This document shows, piece by piece, positions 1 through 8,508 of a stretch of DNA of 26,768 nt (its first letter is position 1; every line of letters starts with the position of its first letter). The position numbers were made by a program, and so were the translations under genes. The stretch lies in contig JBDIAL010000027.1 of assembly GCA_039812405.1 (NCBI GenBank), positions 1 through 26,768 of the forward strand, given 5' to 3'. Under the pieces are notes generated by a model. The model made no database searches and had not been told where the DNA came from. It saw only the letters and a list, made by a program, of their open reading frames with translations. Source of the DNA: Nostocoides sp. (GTDB lineage: Bacteria > Actinomycetota > Actinomycetes > Actinomycetales > Dermatophilaceae).

Positions 1-662
1 ATGCCGAGGCGGTCGCGCAGGTCGCGGCGGTGCGCCTCGTAGAGCTCGAGCGCCGAGGCCCGGCCGACGACGGCGGCCTGGGCCCGCAGCATGGCCGCCC
101 GGAGGACGTCGTCGCCCGGGCTCTCGGCGAGCAGGGCCCGCAGCTCCGGGAGCGCCTCGGCGGGCCGGCCGAGGGCGGCGAGGGCCAGAGCCCGGGTGTG
201 GCGCAGCGAGCGCGAGGTGGACGCCAGGTCGAGGGGGGTGCCGAGGAGGGCGTCGACGACGTCGGGATCGGCCGGCCCGGCGTCCCACAGCCCGAGTCCC
301 TCGGTCGCGGCGCTCAGCGCGCCGCTCGCGTCGCCCCCGGCGAGCCGCGCGGCGCGCTCGCGGGCCAGGCGCGCGGCATACCGCACGTCGACGTCGTCCG
401 GGGGGACGGCGAGCCGGTAGCCGGTCGCCGTGCGCTCGATGGTGTCCGGTCCGAGGGCCGCCCGGGCCCGGGAGACGAGCACCTGGACCGCCTTGGCCGG
501 GTTCGCCGGAGCCTCGTCGGGCCACACGTCGCCCGCGAGCCGCTCGGTCGTCAGGCCGGCCGGCGCACCCGCGAGGAGCGCGAGCAGCACCCGGCTGCGG
601 CTGCTCGTGATGGGCTCACCACGCCAGCTGCCCGGGCCGAGCAGGCGCAGGGACACGGTCAC
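1..662 (-). CDS. SARP/AfsR-family transcriptional regulator, N-terminal part (OmpR-type winged-helix plus BTAD). The gene continues beyond the window start.
   Basis: Minus-strand translation gives VTVSLRLLGPGSWRGEPITSSRSRVLLALLAGAPAGLTTERLAGDVWPDEAPANPAKAVQVLVSRARAALGPDTIERTATGYRLAV, a trans_reg_C-like segment, followed by BTAD-like helical repeats. GTG start candidates at 662 and 656. Third codon positions are almost all G/C. It is missing from the ORF track because it runs off the window edge. Confidence 0.55.
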   Translation of the reverse strand, partial: MTVSLRLLGPGSWRGEPITSSRSRVLLALLAGAPAGLTTERLAGDVWPDEAPANPAKAVQVLVSRARAALGPDTIERTATGYRLAVPPDDVDVRYAARLARERAARLAGGDASGALSAATEGLGLWDAGPADPDVVDALLGTPLDLASTSRSLRHTRALALAALGRPAEALPELRALLAESPGDDVLRAAMLRAQAAVVGRASALELYEAHRRDLRDRLG

Positions 663-740
663 CGCGACAGGATACGAGCCACCCCTGGTATCCGTCGCGC
701 CCTTTCCACCCCGCCACCCCATCCTCGCCCTCGCCGCCGC

Positions 741-832
741 GACCTTTATCGGGTTCCACGACAAACGGTCACCTCACCCGACAACGCTTCCCCCGCACAG
801 TGACCCTTTATCGGGTTCCACGACAAAGGTCC
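741..832. repeat. Copy A of an intergenic palindromic repeat family. It has two direct 25-nt modules (CGTTTGTCGTGGAACCCGATAAAGG) flanking a 35-nt core GGTCAC..GTGACC.
   Basis: About 73 nt are near-identical to the reverse complement of 17511-17590. A third partial copy is at 21806-21864. It lies between the nrfD-like stop (891) and the SARP start (662). Confidence 0.7.
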
Positions 833-890
833 CGGGCTCCACGAGGCAGGACGGCAGCCAGGCCGGGCCGGACGGGCGAGGGCGCCCGGC

Positions 891-2024
891 TCAGCCCGCC
901 GTCGTGATGGAGTCGTCGAGGATGCCCCGGGCCCGGCGGGCCGCGAGCCGCCGGCGCTGCGGCTCGACGGTGTAGCGCGGGTCCTTCGCCGACTCGATGC
1001 CGGCCTCGAAGACACCGAACCGGGTGAGCGCCGACGCCGCGAGGAGACAGAGCCCGGAGGCCACGGCGACGGGGCGGTGCCGACCCCCGACGAGGGTCCC
1101 CACCGCGCCCGCGACGGCGAGCCGCTCGCTCCAGCGCAGCATCCGCCCGGGTGCGCCGTGGTGGAGGGGCTCGGCGACGACGTCGTCGAGACGACGCTCC
1201 ATGAGGCGCATCGCCGTGACGTCACCCGTCACGCCGAGGACGGCCAGCATGCGGGCCGGGCCGGTCTCGCGGGTCGGCGTCGTCACCATCGCGAGCCCCG
1301 CCGCGGCGAGGCTCGCCGAGCTGACGAAGACGAACGGCAGGTCGCGGTGCATCGCGTGCCATGTCGGCGTCGCGGTGTCGCCGAGGAGGACGGCGGTGTA
1401 GGCCGCGAGCGGTGCGCCGAACAGGCCCGCGGCCAGCCCGGCATACGGCTCGGCGAAGCGCAGGACCGGCCGGAGCGGGCCGAGGGGGAGCCGGGAGCCG
1501 GTCATCCGGTCGATCTCCCCCGCGACGGCGAGGCCCATCGGTGACGCGAACCCGGTGAGGATCCACGAGCCGACGCTCATCGGGGAGGTGAGTTTGATGG
1601 TGCGCAGCATGTTGTAGAAGCGCTCGGGCCGTCCGAGGTCGCGGACGAGGGCGACGCCGCCGAGGGCGACCGCGGCCATCGCGCCGAGCCGGGCGTTGCG
1701 GCGCAGCAGGTCCCGCCCGGTGAGCTGGGCGCCGGTCGCGATGAGGCCGGACCCTCCGGCGACGCCCCCGAGGAAGAGGTATGCCGCGACGTCGTGTCCC
1801 CAGGGCGCCGGCTTGACGATGGGCCGGCCGTAGTAGGAGACGAGCTCGACGTCGGGGACGGTCGGCATCTCCCGGGTGCCGTCGCCGGCGGACAGCCAGC
1901 GCTGGGCGCCGCGGCCGCGGGGTCCCGCACCGGGGCCGCCACGCTGCCCACCACGCGGTCCCCCGCCGCGGCGCCGCCGCGGTCGCTCCGGCGGCCGGAG
2001 CTCGTCGTACTCGGACGGGCTCAT
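891..2024 (-). CDS. Formate dehydrogenase NrfD/PsrC-type integral membrane subunit
   Basis: The motif YYGRPIVKPAPWGHDVAAYLFLGGVAGGSGLIA is typical of the NrfD family, and multiple transmembrane segments follow. The ATG at 2024 overlaps the upstream gene's TGA (ATGA, 4-nt overlap), suggesting translational coupling. An alternative start is MPTVPD at 1868 after the RG-rich low-complexity N-terminus. Confidence 0.75.
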   Translation of the reverse strand: MSPSEYDELRPPERPRRRRGGGPRGGQRGGPGAGPRGRGAQRWLSAGDGTREMPTVPDVELVSYYGRPIVKPAPWGHDVAAYLFLGGVAGGSGLIATGAQLTGRDLLRRNARLGAMAAVALGGVALVRDLGRPERFYNMLRTIKLTSPMSVGSWILTGFASPMGLAVAGEIDRMTGSRLPLGPLRPVLRFAEPYAGLAAGLFGAPLAAYTAVLLGDTATPTWHAMHRDLPFVFVSSASLAAAGLAMVTTPTRETGPARMLAVLGVTGDVTAMRLMERRLDDVVAEPLHHGAPGRMLRWSERLAVAGAVGTLVGGRHRPVAVASGLCLLAASALTRFGVFEAGIESAKDPRYTVEPQRRRLAARRARGILDDSITTAG

Positions 2025-3058
2025 CGGCGTCGCACGAGGAAGGACAGGACGGCCCCGGTGATCATGGCGAGCCCGGCGGCGGACGCGCGACGGAACATGA
2101 CAGGCAGGTCGGCCGTGCCGACCCGAGGGTCCGGGGGCAGCCCGTAGACCTCGGGCTCGTCGAGCAGGAGGAAGATCGAGCCGGTGCCCCCGACGCCGTC
2201 CAGCTCGTTGGCTCCGTAGAGCCGGGCCTCCGTCATGCCCTGGGCGTGCAGCGTGGCGACCCGCTCGCGGGCCCGGGCGACGAGGTCGTCGTGGTCGCCG
2301 AAGCGGATCGAGGTCGTCGGGCACGTCTTGGCGCAGGCCGGGATCTCGTCGTCGAGGAGCCGGTCGTAGCAGAGCGTGCACTTCTGGGCCACGCCCCGGT
2401 TGGGCACCGGCGGCTGCTCGCCCTTGCGCTGTCCCTCGCGCGTCGTCGGCGCCATCGTCCCGTCGCTGCGGCGCTCGACGACCCCGAACGGGCAGCCGGC
2501 CACGCAGGTCCCGCAGCCGTTGCACACGTCGGGCTGGATGACGACGCTGCCGAACTCGGTGCGGAACAGCGCGCCGGTCGGGCAGACGTCGAGGCACCCC
2601 GCGTGGGTGCAGTGCTTGCACACGTCGGAGGCCATGAGCCAGCGGAACTCGGGGGTGTCGGGAGGTGTCGTGTCGACAGGCGCGCGGTCGCCGGGAGCGC
2701 TGTCGGCGGGCGCAGGACCGCCGGACACCGGTGCGCCGGACCGGACCGTCGGCATCCCGAGGTCGACGAGGGCGCGGCCGGAGCGGCGGGCCTGCTCGAT
2801 GTGCTCCCGGTCCTGCTCGACGAAGGCGACGTGTCGCCAGGTGCTCGCGCCGAGCGAGACGGTGTTGTCGTAGGACATGCCGGTCAGCTCGAGGTCGCCG
2901 TCGCACGGATTGTGGTTCCACTCCTTGCAGGCGACCTCGCACGCCTTGCACCCGATGCAGATCGAGGTGTCGGTGAAGAAGCCCTTGCGGGGCCGGTGCA
3001 CCGGCCAGCGGGCGTCGGCGCTCGGGTCGGTCGGACCGGACAGCTGGCCCATCAGCAC
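2021..3058 (-). CDS. fdhB: Formate dehydrogenase iron-sulfur (4Fe-4S ferredoxin-type) beta subunit, FdnH/FdoH-like, with a C-terminal transmembrane helix
   Basis: Four Cys clusters are present (CIGCKACEVAC, CKHCTHAGCLDVCP, CNGCGTCVAGCP, CTLCYDRLLDDEIPACAKTCP). The C-terminus is hydrophobic (AGLAMITGAVLSFLV). The GTG start at 3058 is preceded by a GGAGGG RBS. Confidence 0.85.
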   Translation of the reverse strand: MLMGQLSGPTDPSADARWPVHRPRKGFFTDTSICIGCKACEVACKEWNHNPCDGDLELTGMSYDNTVSLGASTWRHVAFVEQDREHIEQARRSGRALVDLGMPTVRSGAPVSGGPAPADSAPGDRAPVDTTPPDTPEFRWLMASDVCKHCTHAGCLDVCPTGALFRTEFGSVVIQPDVCNGCGTCVAGCPFGVVERRSDGTMAPTTREGQRKGEQPPVPNRGVAQKCTLCYDRLLDDEIPACAKTCPTTSIRFGDHDDLVARARERVATLHAQGMTEARLYGANELDGVGGTGSIFLLLDEPEVYGLPPDPRVGTADLPVMFRRASAAGLAMITGAVLSFLVRRR

Positions 3059-3068
3059 CGCCCTCCCT

Positions 3069-6000
3069 TCACCATCGCGTCCTGCCCTCCGTGTCCGGGT
3101 CGTCCGCCCCGGGGTCGGGGAACACCGTCTCGTGCTCGGGGTCGGTGACCCGCGCGCTGTCCGTCTCGACGGTAGCGCCCGCCCGCTCCTGATGGGCAGC
3201 GACCAGCCGCAGCAGCGCCTCGCCCTGCGGTCGGCGGCCGGCGATGACGTCGCAGGAGGCGACCTTGGACTCCTGGATGAGGACGTTGGGGTCGAGGGCC
3301 ACCCCGAGCAGGTCGTTGGCCGCGTCGCCCGTCACGACGGCGTCGCTGCCGACGCCCCAGTGATAGGGCAGGCCGACCTGGTGGACGTCGCGGCCGTTGA
3401 TCCGCAGCGGCCTCATCCGGTCGGTGACCAGGACCCGGGCCTCGATGGCCGCCCGGGGCGAGATGATCGTCGCCCACCCGCCCGGGGTGAGCCCGCGCTC
3501 GGCCGCGAGGGCGGGGGACACCTCGCAGAACATCTCCGGCTGGAGCTCGGCGAGGTAGGGCAGCCACCGGCTCATCCCGCCCGCGGTGTGGTGCTCGGTG
3601 AGCCGGTAGGTCGTGAAGACGTAGGGGTAGACCTCGGCGCCGGGGGTGCCGGCGCTCGGGGCGCCGAGGTTGTCCGTGCGTTGGATGAGGATCCGGGCCG
3701 GGGCCTGCTGCTGGGGGTAGAGCGCGTTGCGGACCGGCGACTCCTGCGGCTCGTAGTGGGCCGGGAGCGGGCCGTCGACGAGGCCGGTCGGCACGAAGAG
3801 CCAGCCCTTGCCGTCGGGCTGCATGACGAACGGGTCGTCGCCGGCGAGCGCCTCGGGGCCGCCGAGGGCCGGGTCCGGACGTGCCGACGGGGCCCGGTCG
3901 ACGGGGAAGTCCGGGACGTCCGGACCCGCCCAGCGGCCCGCCTCCTCGTCCCACCACATGTACTTCTTCCGCTCGCTCCACGGCCGCCCCTGCGGGTCCG
4001 CCGACGCGCGGTTGTAGAGGATCCGCCGGTCCGCCGGCCAGACCCAGCCCCACTCGGACTGGGTGATGCCCGGTCCACCGTGCGGGACCCGCCGGGCCGC
4101 GTGGTTGACGCCGTCGGCATACACGCCGGTGTAGATCCAGCACCCGGCCGCCGTGGACCCGTCGGCCCGCATCTCGGTGAAGGACGACAGGTTCCGCCCG
4201 GCGTCGGGACCGGTCAGGTGGAACCCGTTGATCTCCGACAGGACGGACTGCGGCACCGGGTCGCCGTGCTCGTCGAGCGGGTAGTCCCACGTGAGGTCGA
4301 GCAGCGGCCGGTCGCGCTCGTCGGTCGAGTCCGCGAGGCGCTCCCGGATCCGGCGGCCCAGCTCGTAGAAGAAGTCGAGCTCGCTCTGGGCCTGGCCCGG
4401 CGGCCGGACCGCCTGGTGCCGCCACTGGAGCATCCGCTGGGTCTGGGTGAACGATCCGGCCTTCTCCACGTGGGTCGCGGCCGGCATGAAGAACACCTCC
4501 GTCCCGATGTCCTCGGTGCGCAGCTCCCCGGAGGCGATCTCCGGGCCGTCCTTCCACCACGTCGCGGACTCGATGAGGTTGAGGTCGCGCACGACGAGCC
4601 ACTTCAGGTGCGCCATGGCGAGCCGCTGCTGGCGGCCGTTGGCGGACCCGACGGCGGGGTTCTGCCCGAGGATGAAGTAGCCCTCGACCGTGTCCTCGAG
4701 CATGGAGACGACGGTCTGGTAGGTGCCGTGGGGGCCGGACAGGCGGGGCAGGTAGTCGTATGCCCAGTCGTTCTCGGCCGTCGCCGCGTCGCCGAACCAC
4801 GCCTTGAGCAGGCTCACGGTGTAGGCGTCGGCGTTCGCCCAGTAGCCCTTCTGCCGCGTGGAGCCCATGGAGTCGAGGAACTGCCGGAAGGTGTCGTGCT
4901 CCCCGACCGAGGGCATGGGCAGGTAGCCGGGGAGCAGGTTGAGCAGGGTCGGGATGTCCGTCGACCCCTGGATGCTCGCGTGCCCCCGCAGCGCCATGAT
5001 CCCGCTCCCCGGGCGGCCGACGTTGCCCAGGAGCAGCTGGAGGATCGCGGCGGTCCGGATGAACTGGGCGCCGAGCGTGTGCTGGGTCCAGCCCGTGGCA
5101 TACCCGACGCAGGTCGTCCGCTCCCGGCCGGAGTTCTCCACGATGGACCGCGCGAGGTAGTCGAACTCCTCGACCGTGATGCCGCACATCTCGCTCACCA
5201 TCTGCGGGGTGTAGCGGGCGAAGTGCCGTCGGAGGATCTGGAAGACGGTATGCGGGTCCTGCAGCGTCTCGTCCCGGCGCACCGTCGGCGGGACCGGGGT
5301 GTCGTCGGCGTCCCCCACGCTCCCCTCGTCGGCGATGTCGGCCGCGGTCGTCGGCTCGGCATACGCCCAGGTCGACGGGTCGTAGCGGCCCGTCGAGGGG
5401 TCGAAGCCGGAGAACAGGCCGCCGAGGTCCTCGGTGTCGCGGTAGGCGTCGGTCACCAGCGTGGCGGCGTTGGTGTAGGCGACGACGTAGTCGCGGAAGT
5501 AGTGCTCCCCGGCGATGACGTGGTTGATGAGCGCGCCGAGCAGCACGACGTCGGACCCGGCCCGGATCGCGATGTGGCGGTCGGCGACGGCCGAGGTCCG
5601 GGTGAACCGCGGGTCGATGTGGATGACCCGGGCACCGCGCGCCTTGGCCTCCGACACCCACTGGAAGCCGACGGGGTGCGCCTCGGCCATGTTGCCACCC
5701 ATGAGGATGATGCAGTCGGCGTTGGCCATGTCCTGCAGTGACTGGGTGGCGCCGCCGCGCCCGAACGAGGCCCCCAGACTGGGAACCGTGGCGGAGTGTC
5801 AAATACGGGCCTGGTTCTCGATCTGGATCGCGCCCGCCGCGGTGAACAGCTTCTTGATGAGGTAGTTCTCCTCGTTGTCCAGCGTCGCGCCGCCGAGGGA
5901 GGCGATGCCCATCGTGCGCCGCAGCAGCCGGCCCCGGTCGTCGCGGTCCTGCCACGTCCGGCGCCGGGTCTCGACGAACCGGTCGACGATCATGTCGATC

Positions 6001-6365
6001 GCCGTGTCGCGGTCGAGGTCCTGCCACTCCGTGGCATACGGCGCGCGATAGCGGATCCGGGTCTGGCGCAGGGGGTTGTTGACGAGCTGCTCGCTCGAGG
6101 CGCCCTTGGGGCACAGCCGCCCCCGGGAGATGGGGGAGTCGGGGTCGCCCTCGATCTGGACGACCTTCTCGTCGGTGACGTAGACCCGCTGCCCGCAGCC
6201 CACCGCGCAGAACGGGCAGACACTGCGGACGACGCGGTCGGCGGTGGCGGTGCGCGGCACGAGCGAGCGGGTCCGGGCGGAGGTGACGGCGGGACCGCGG
6301 CCGAAGACGTCGCCGGTGCGCAGCTGCCGGACGACCGGCCACTCCAGCGGGCTCCACGCGGCCAT
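3069..6365 (-). CDS. fdhA: Formate dehydrogenase catalytic (molybdopterin) alpha subunit, FdnG/FdoG-like, with a selenocysteine encoded by an in-frame TGA at 5799-5801
   Basis: The ORFs 5799..6365 and 3069..5729 share one frame and are separated only by a TGA. The read-through translation is IENQARI-U-HSATVPSLGASFGRGGATQSLQDMANADCIILMGGNMAEAHPVGF. This aligns with E. coli FdnG ...DNQARV-U-HGPTVASLAPTFGRGAMTNHWVDIKNANLVVVMGGNAAEAHPVGF. The N-terminal CPFCAVGCG motif is the 4Fe-4S site. Confidence 0.85.
5769..5798 (-). promoter_or_regulatory. Candidate bacterial SECIS hairpin immediately 3' of the Sec UGA in fdhA mRNA
   Basis: The mRNA reads UGA CAC UCC GCC ACG GUU CCC AGU CUG GGG GCC. A GGUUCCCA / UGGGGGCC stem with a GUC apical loop starts about 14 nt after the UGA. 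The E. coli fdhF SECIS has a similar GGUUGCAGGUCUGCACC apex. Confidence 0.45.
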
Positions 6366-6402
6366 GACCGCAGCCTAGTCCCGTCCACCCTAGAATCGTC
6401 CG
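6366..6402. promoter_or_regulatory. Compact divergent promoter region shared by fdhA (minus) and serA (plus)
   Basis: Only 37 bp separate the two start codons. TAGAAT lies at 6391-6396, 6 nt before the serA GTG. TAGGCT (minus strand, 6372-6377) lies 6 nt before the fdhA ATG. Neither gene has an obvious SD sequence. Confidence 0.35.
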
Positions 6403-7989
6403 GTGACCAAGCCAGTCGTGCTCATCGCCGAGGAGCTCTCGCCGGCCACCATCGACGCCCTCGGGCCGGACTTCCGGATCCGGCACGTCGACGGAGCCGA
6501 CCGGGCCGCGCTGCTGCCCGCGCTCGCCGACGTCGACGCGGTCCTCGTCCGCTCGGCGACGCAGATCGACGCCGAGGCGCTCGCCGCCGCCCCCCGGCTG
6601 CGGGTCGTCGCCCGGGCGGGGGTGGGGCTGGACAACATCGACGTCCCGGCCGCGACGAAGGCCGGTGTCATGGTCGTCAACGCCCCGACGTCCAACATCA
6701 CCTCCGCCGCGGAGCTGGCCGTCGGCCTCCTGCTCGCGACGGCCCGCAACATCGCCCCCGCCAGCGCGGCGCTCAAGCAGGGGTCGTGGAAGCGGAGCGC
6801 GTATGCCGGGGTCGAGCTGCACGGGAAGACGGTCGGGGTCGTGGGGTTCGGCCGGATCGGGCAGCTGGTCGCCGAGCGGTTGCGGGCCTTCGGGACCGAG
6901 ATCCTCGCCTACGACCCGTTCGTGTCGACCCAGCGCGCGGCGCAGCTCGGGGCCCGGCTCGTGTCCCTCGACGACCTGCTCGTCGAGAGCGACTTCATCA
7001 CCGTCCACCTGCCCCGCACGCCGGAGACGGTCGGTCTCATCGGCGCCGAGGCCCTGACGAGGGTCAAGCCGTCGGTGCGCATCGTCAACGCCGCCCGCGG
7101 CGGGATCGTCGACGAGGAGGCGCTCGCCGACGCGCTGCGCGAGGGACGCGTCGCGGGAGCGGGACTCGACGTCTTCGCGACCGAGCCGTTGACCGACAGC
7201 CCGCTGTTCGCCTACGAGTCGGTCGTCGTCACGCCGCACCTCGGGGCCTCGACGGCGGAGGCCCAGGAGAAGGCCGGCGTCGCCGTCGCCCGGTCGGTGC
7301 GGCTCGCCCTCGGCGGCGACCTCGTGCCCGACGCCGTCAACGTCGCCGGGGGCGTGATCGACGAGGAGGTGCGCCCGGGGATCGACCTCGTCGAGAAGCT
7401 CGGCCGCATCTTCACCGCCGTCGCGGGGTCGGTGCCGGTCCAGCTCGACGTCGACGTCAAGGGCGAGATCACCTCGCACGACGTGTCCATCTGGGAGCTG
7501 TCGGCGCTCAAGGGCCTGTTCACCGATGTGACCGAGGACGCGGTCACCTATGTCAACGCCCCGCTCATCGCCGCCGACCGGGGTGTCGAGGTGCGCCTGC
7601 TCACCGCCTCGGAGACCCAGGACTTCCGCAACGTGACGACGCTGCGCGGCACCCTCGCCGACGGGTCGGTCGTCAGCGTCTCCGGCACCCTCACCGGCCC
7701 CCGGCTGGTCCAGAAGGTCGTCGGCGTCAACGGCTTCGACATCGAGATCCCGCTGTCGCAGCACCTCGCCTTCTTCACCTACACCGACCGGCCCGGCGTC
7801 GTCGGCGCCCTCGGCCGGCTGCTCGGCGACGCCGACGTCAACATCGCCGGGATGCAGGTGGCCCGGCGCGACGAGGGCGGCCCGGCGCTCGTCGCGATGA
7901 CCGTCGACAGCGCCATCCCGCCCGACGTCGTCGCCGCCATCGGCCGCGAGATCGGCGCCGACAGCGTCCGGGTCGCCGACCTGGACTGA
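6403..7989 (+). CDS. serA: D-3-phosphoglycerate dehydrogenase (with C-terminal ACT domain)
   Basis: Full-length 528-aa match to the SerA architecture: 2-hydroxyacid dehydrogenase NAD-binding motif GFGRIGQLVA, catalytic region, and ACT C-terminus. Confidence 0.9.
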   Translation: MTKPVVLIAEELSPATIDALGPDFRIRHVDGADRAALLPALADVDAVLVRSATQIDAEALAAAPRLRVVARAGVGLDNIDVPAATKAGVMVVNAPTSNITSAAELAVGLLLATARNIAPASAALKQGSWKRSAYAGVELHGKTVGVVGFGRIGQLVAERLRAFGTEILAYDPFVSTQRAAQLGARLVSLDDLLVESDFITVHLPRTPETVGLIGAEALTRVKPSVRIVNAARGGIVDEEALADALREGRVAGAGLDVFATEPLTDSPLFAYESVVVTPHLGASTAEAQEKAGVAVARSVRLALGGDLVPDAVNVAGGVIDEEVRPGIDLVEKLGRIFTAVAGSVPVQLDVDVKGEITSHDVSIWELSALKGLFTDVTEDAVTYVNAPLIAADRGVEVRLLTASETQDFRNVTTLRGTLADGSVVSVSGTLTGPRLVQKVVGVNGFDIEIPLSQHLAFFTYTDRPGVVGALGRLLGDADVNIAGMQVARRDEGGPALVAMTVDSAIPPDVVAAIGREIGADSVRVADLD

Positions 7990-8334
7990 GGCGCCCTCCT
8001 CCCCTCGACGGGTCGTCTCCCGGTCAGGGGACCGGTGTGGCGGCTGTGAGCTGACAGCCGGACCGGCAATCGGTGCCCGGGCCGGGGTGGCCGGGTGCAC
8101 AAAGCGGTGTCCACGGCGTCCGGATCGTGGAAACCGGTCGCGAGATAGTAGGACGTCCACCTATCGTGGGGGGTATGCAGCGGCAGGCACGACTCATCGT
8201 GAGCCGCGGCGTGGTCCTCTAGTCAGCAACCGCGCCGCGGAGACCCCGTGACGCCCGCTGACGCCGGCTCGTCCAACAGGACTCGAGCCCGGACCCGCAA
8301 GCACACCCACAGGCATACCGAAGGAATGGTCACC

Positions 8335-8415
8335 ATGAGCGAAGAGGCTCAGAACGCCCGCCAGGCGCTGCAGGAGAGCATGGACCTGCGCGACCAGGGC
8401 CATAGCGACGACTGA
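8335..8415 (+). CDS. Candidate small acidic protein (26 aa, MSEEAQNARQALQESMDLRDQGHSDD) in the serA-leuB spacer
   Basis: ATG is 9 nt downstream of GAAGGA. GC3 is 23/26. A perfect 11-bp hairpin (8431-8457) follows 16 nt after the stop. No homology was recognised. Confidence 0.2.
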   Translation: MSEEAQNARQALQESMDLRDQGHSDD

Positions 8416-8508
8416 GGTCGTCGACGCAGACGAGCCCCGGCCGACAGCCGGGGCTCGCGTGCTGAGACGGCCGTCCCGACAGCAGAGACGACCCCTAGAT
8501 TGACCGCC

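Noticed and set aside
30-803. 257-aa plus-strand ORF at the window start
   Set aside because: It is antisense to the SARP-family gene, whose translation shows a winged-helix domain. Its C-terminus is created by repeat copy A.
741-832. RecA-NDp / PafBC promoter (tTGTCRgtg-8nt-TAnnnT) identity for the TTGTCGTGG-N8-TAAAGG module
   Set aside because: The putative -10 ends in G (TAAAGG or TAACGG) in all copies, violating the invariant final T. The upstream half is transposed relative to the consensus. It is kept only as a weak resemblance.
3052-8160. Giant 1702-aa minus-strand ORF, and other long overlapping ORFs (2877..5741 +, 5796..8054 +, 8194..9627 -, 9673..11064 -, 13615..16053 -, 16273..18249 -, 21863..24094 - upstream part, 23422..24780 + upstream part)
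   Set aside because: These are typical high-GC artefacts. They have RG/PA-rich low-complexity translations, are antisense or out of frame to genes with clear homology, and their third-position GC is not elevated.
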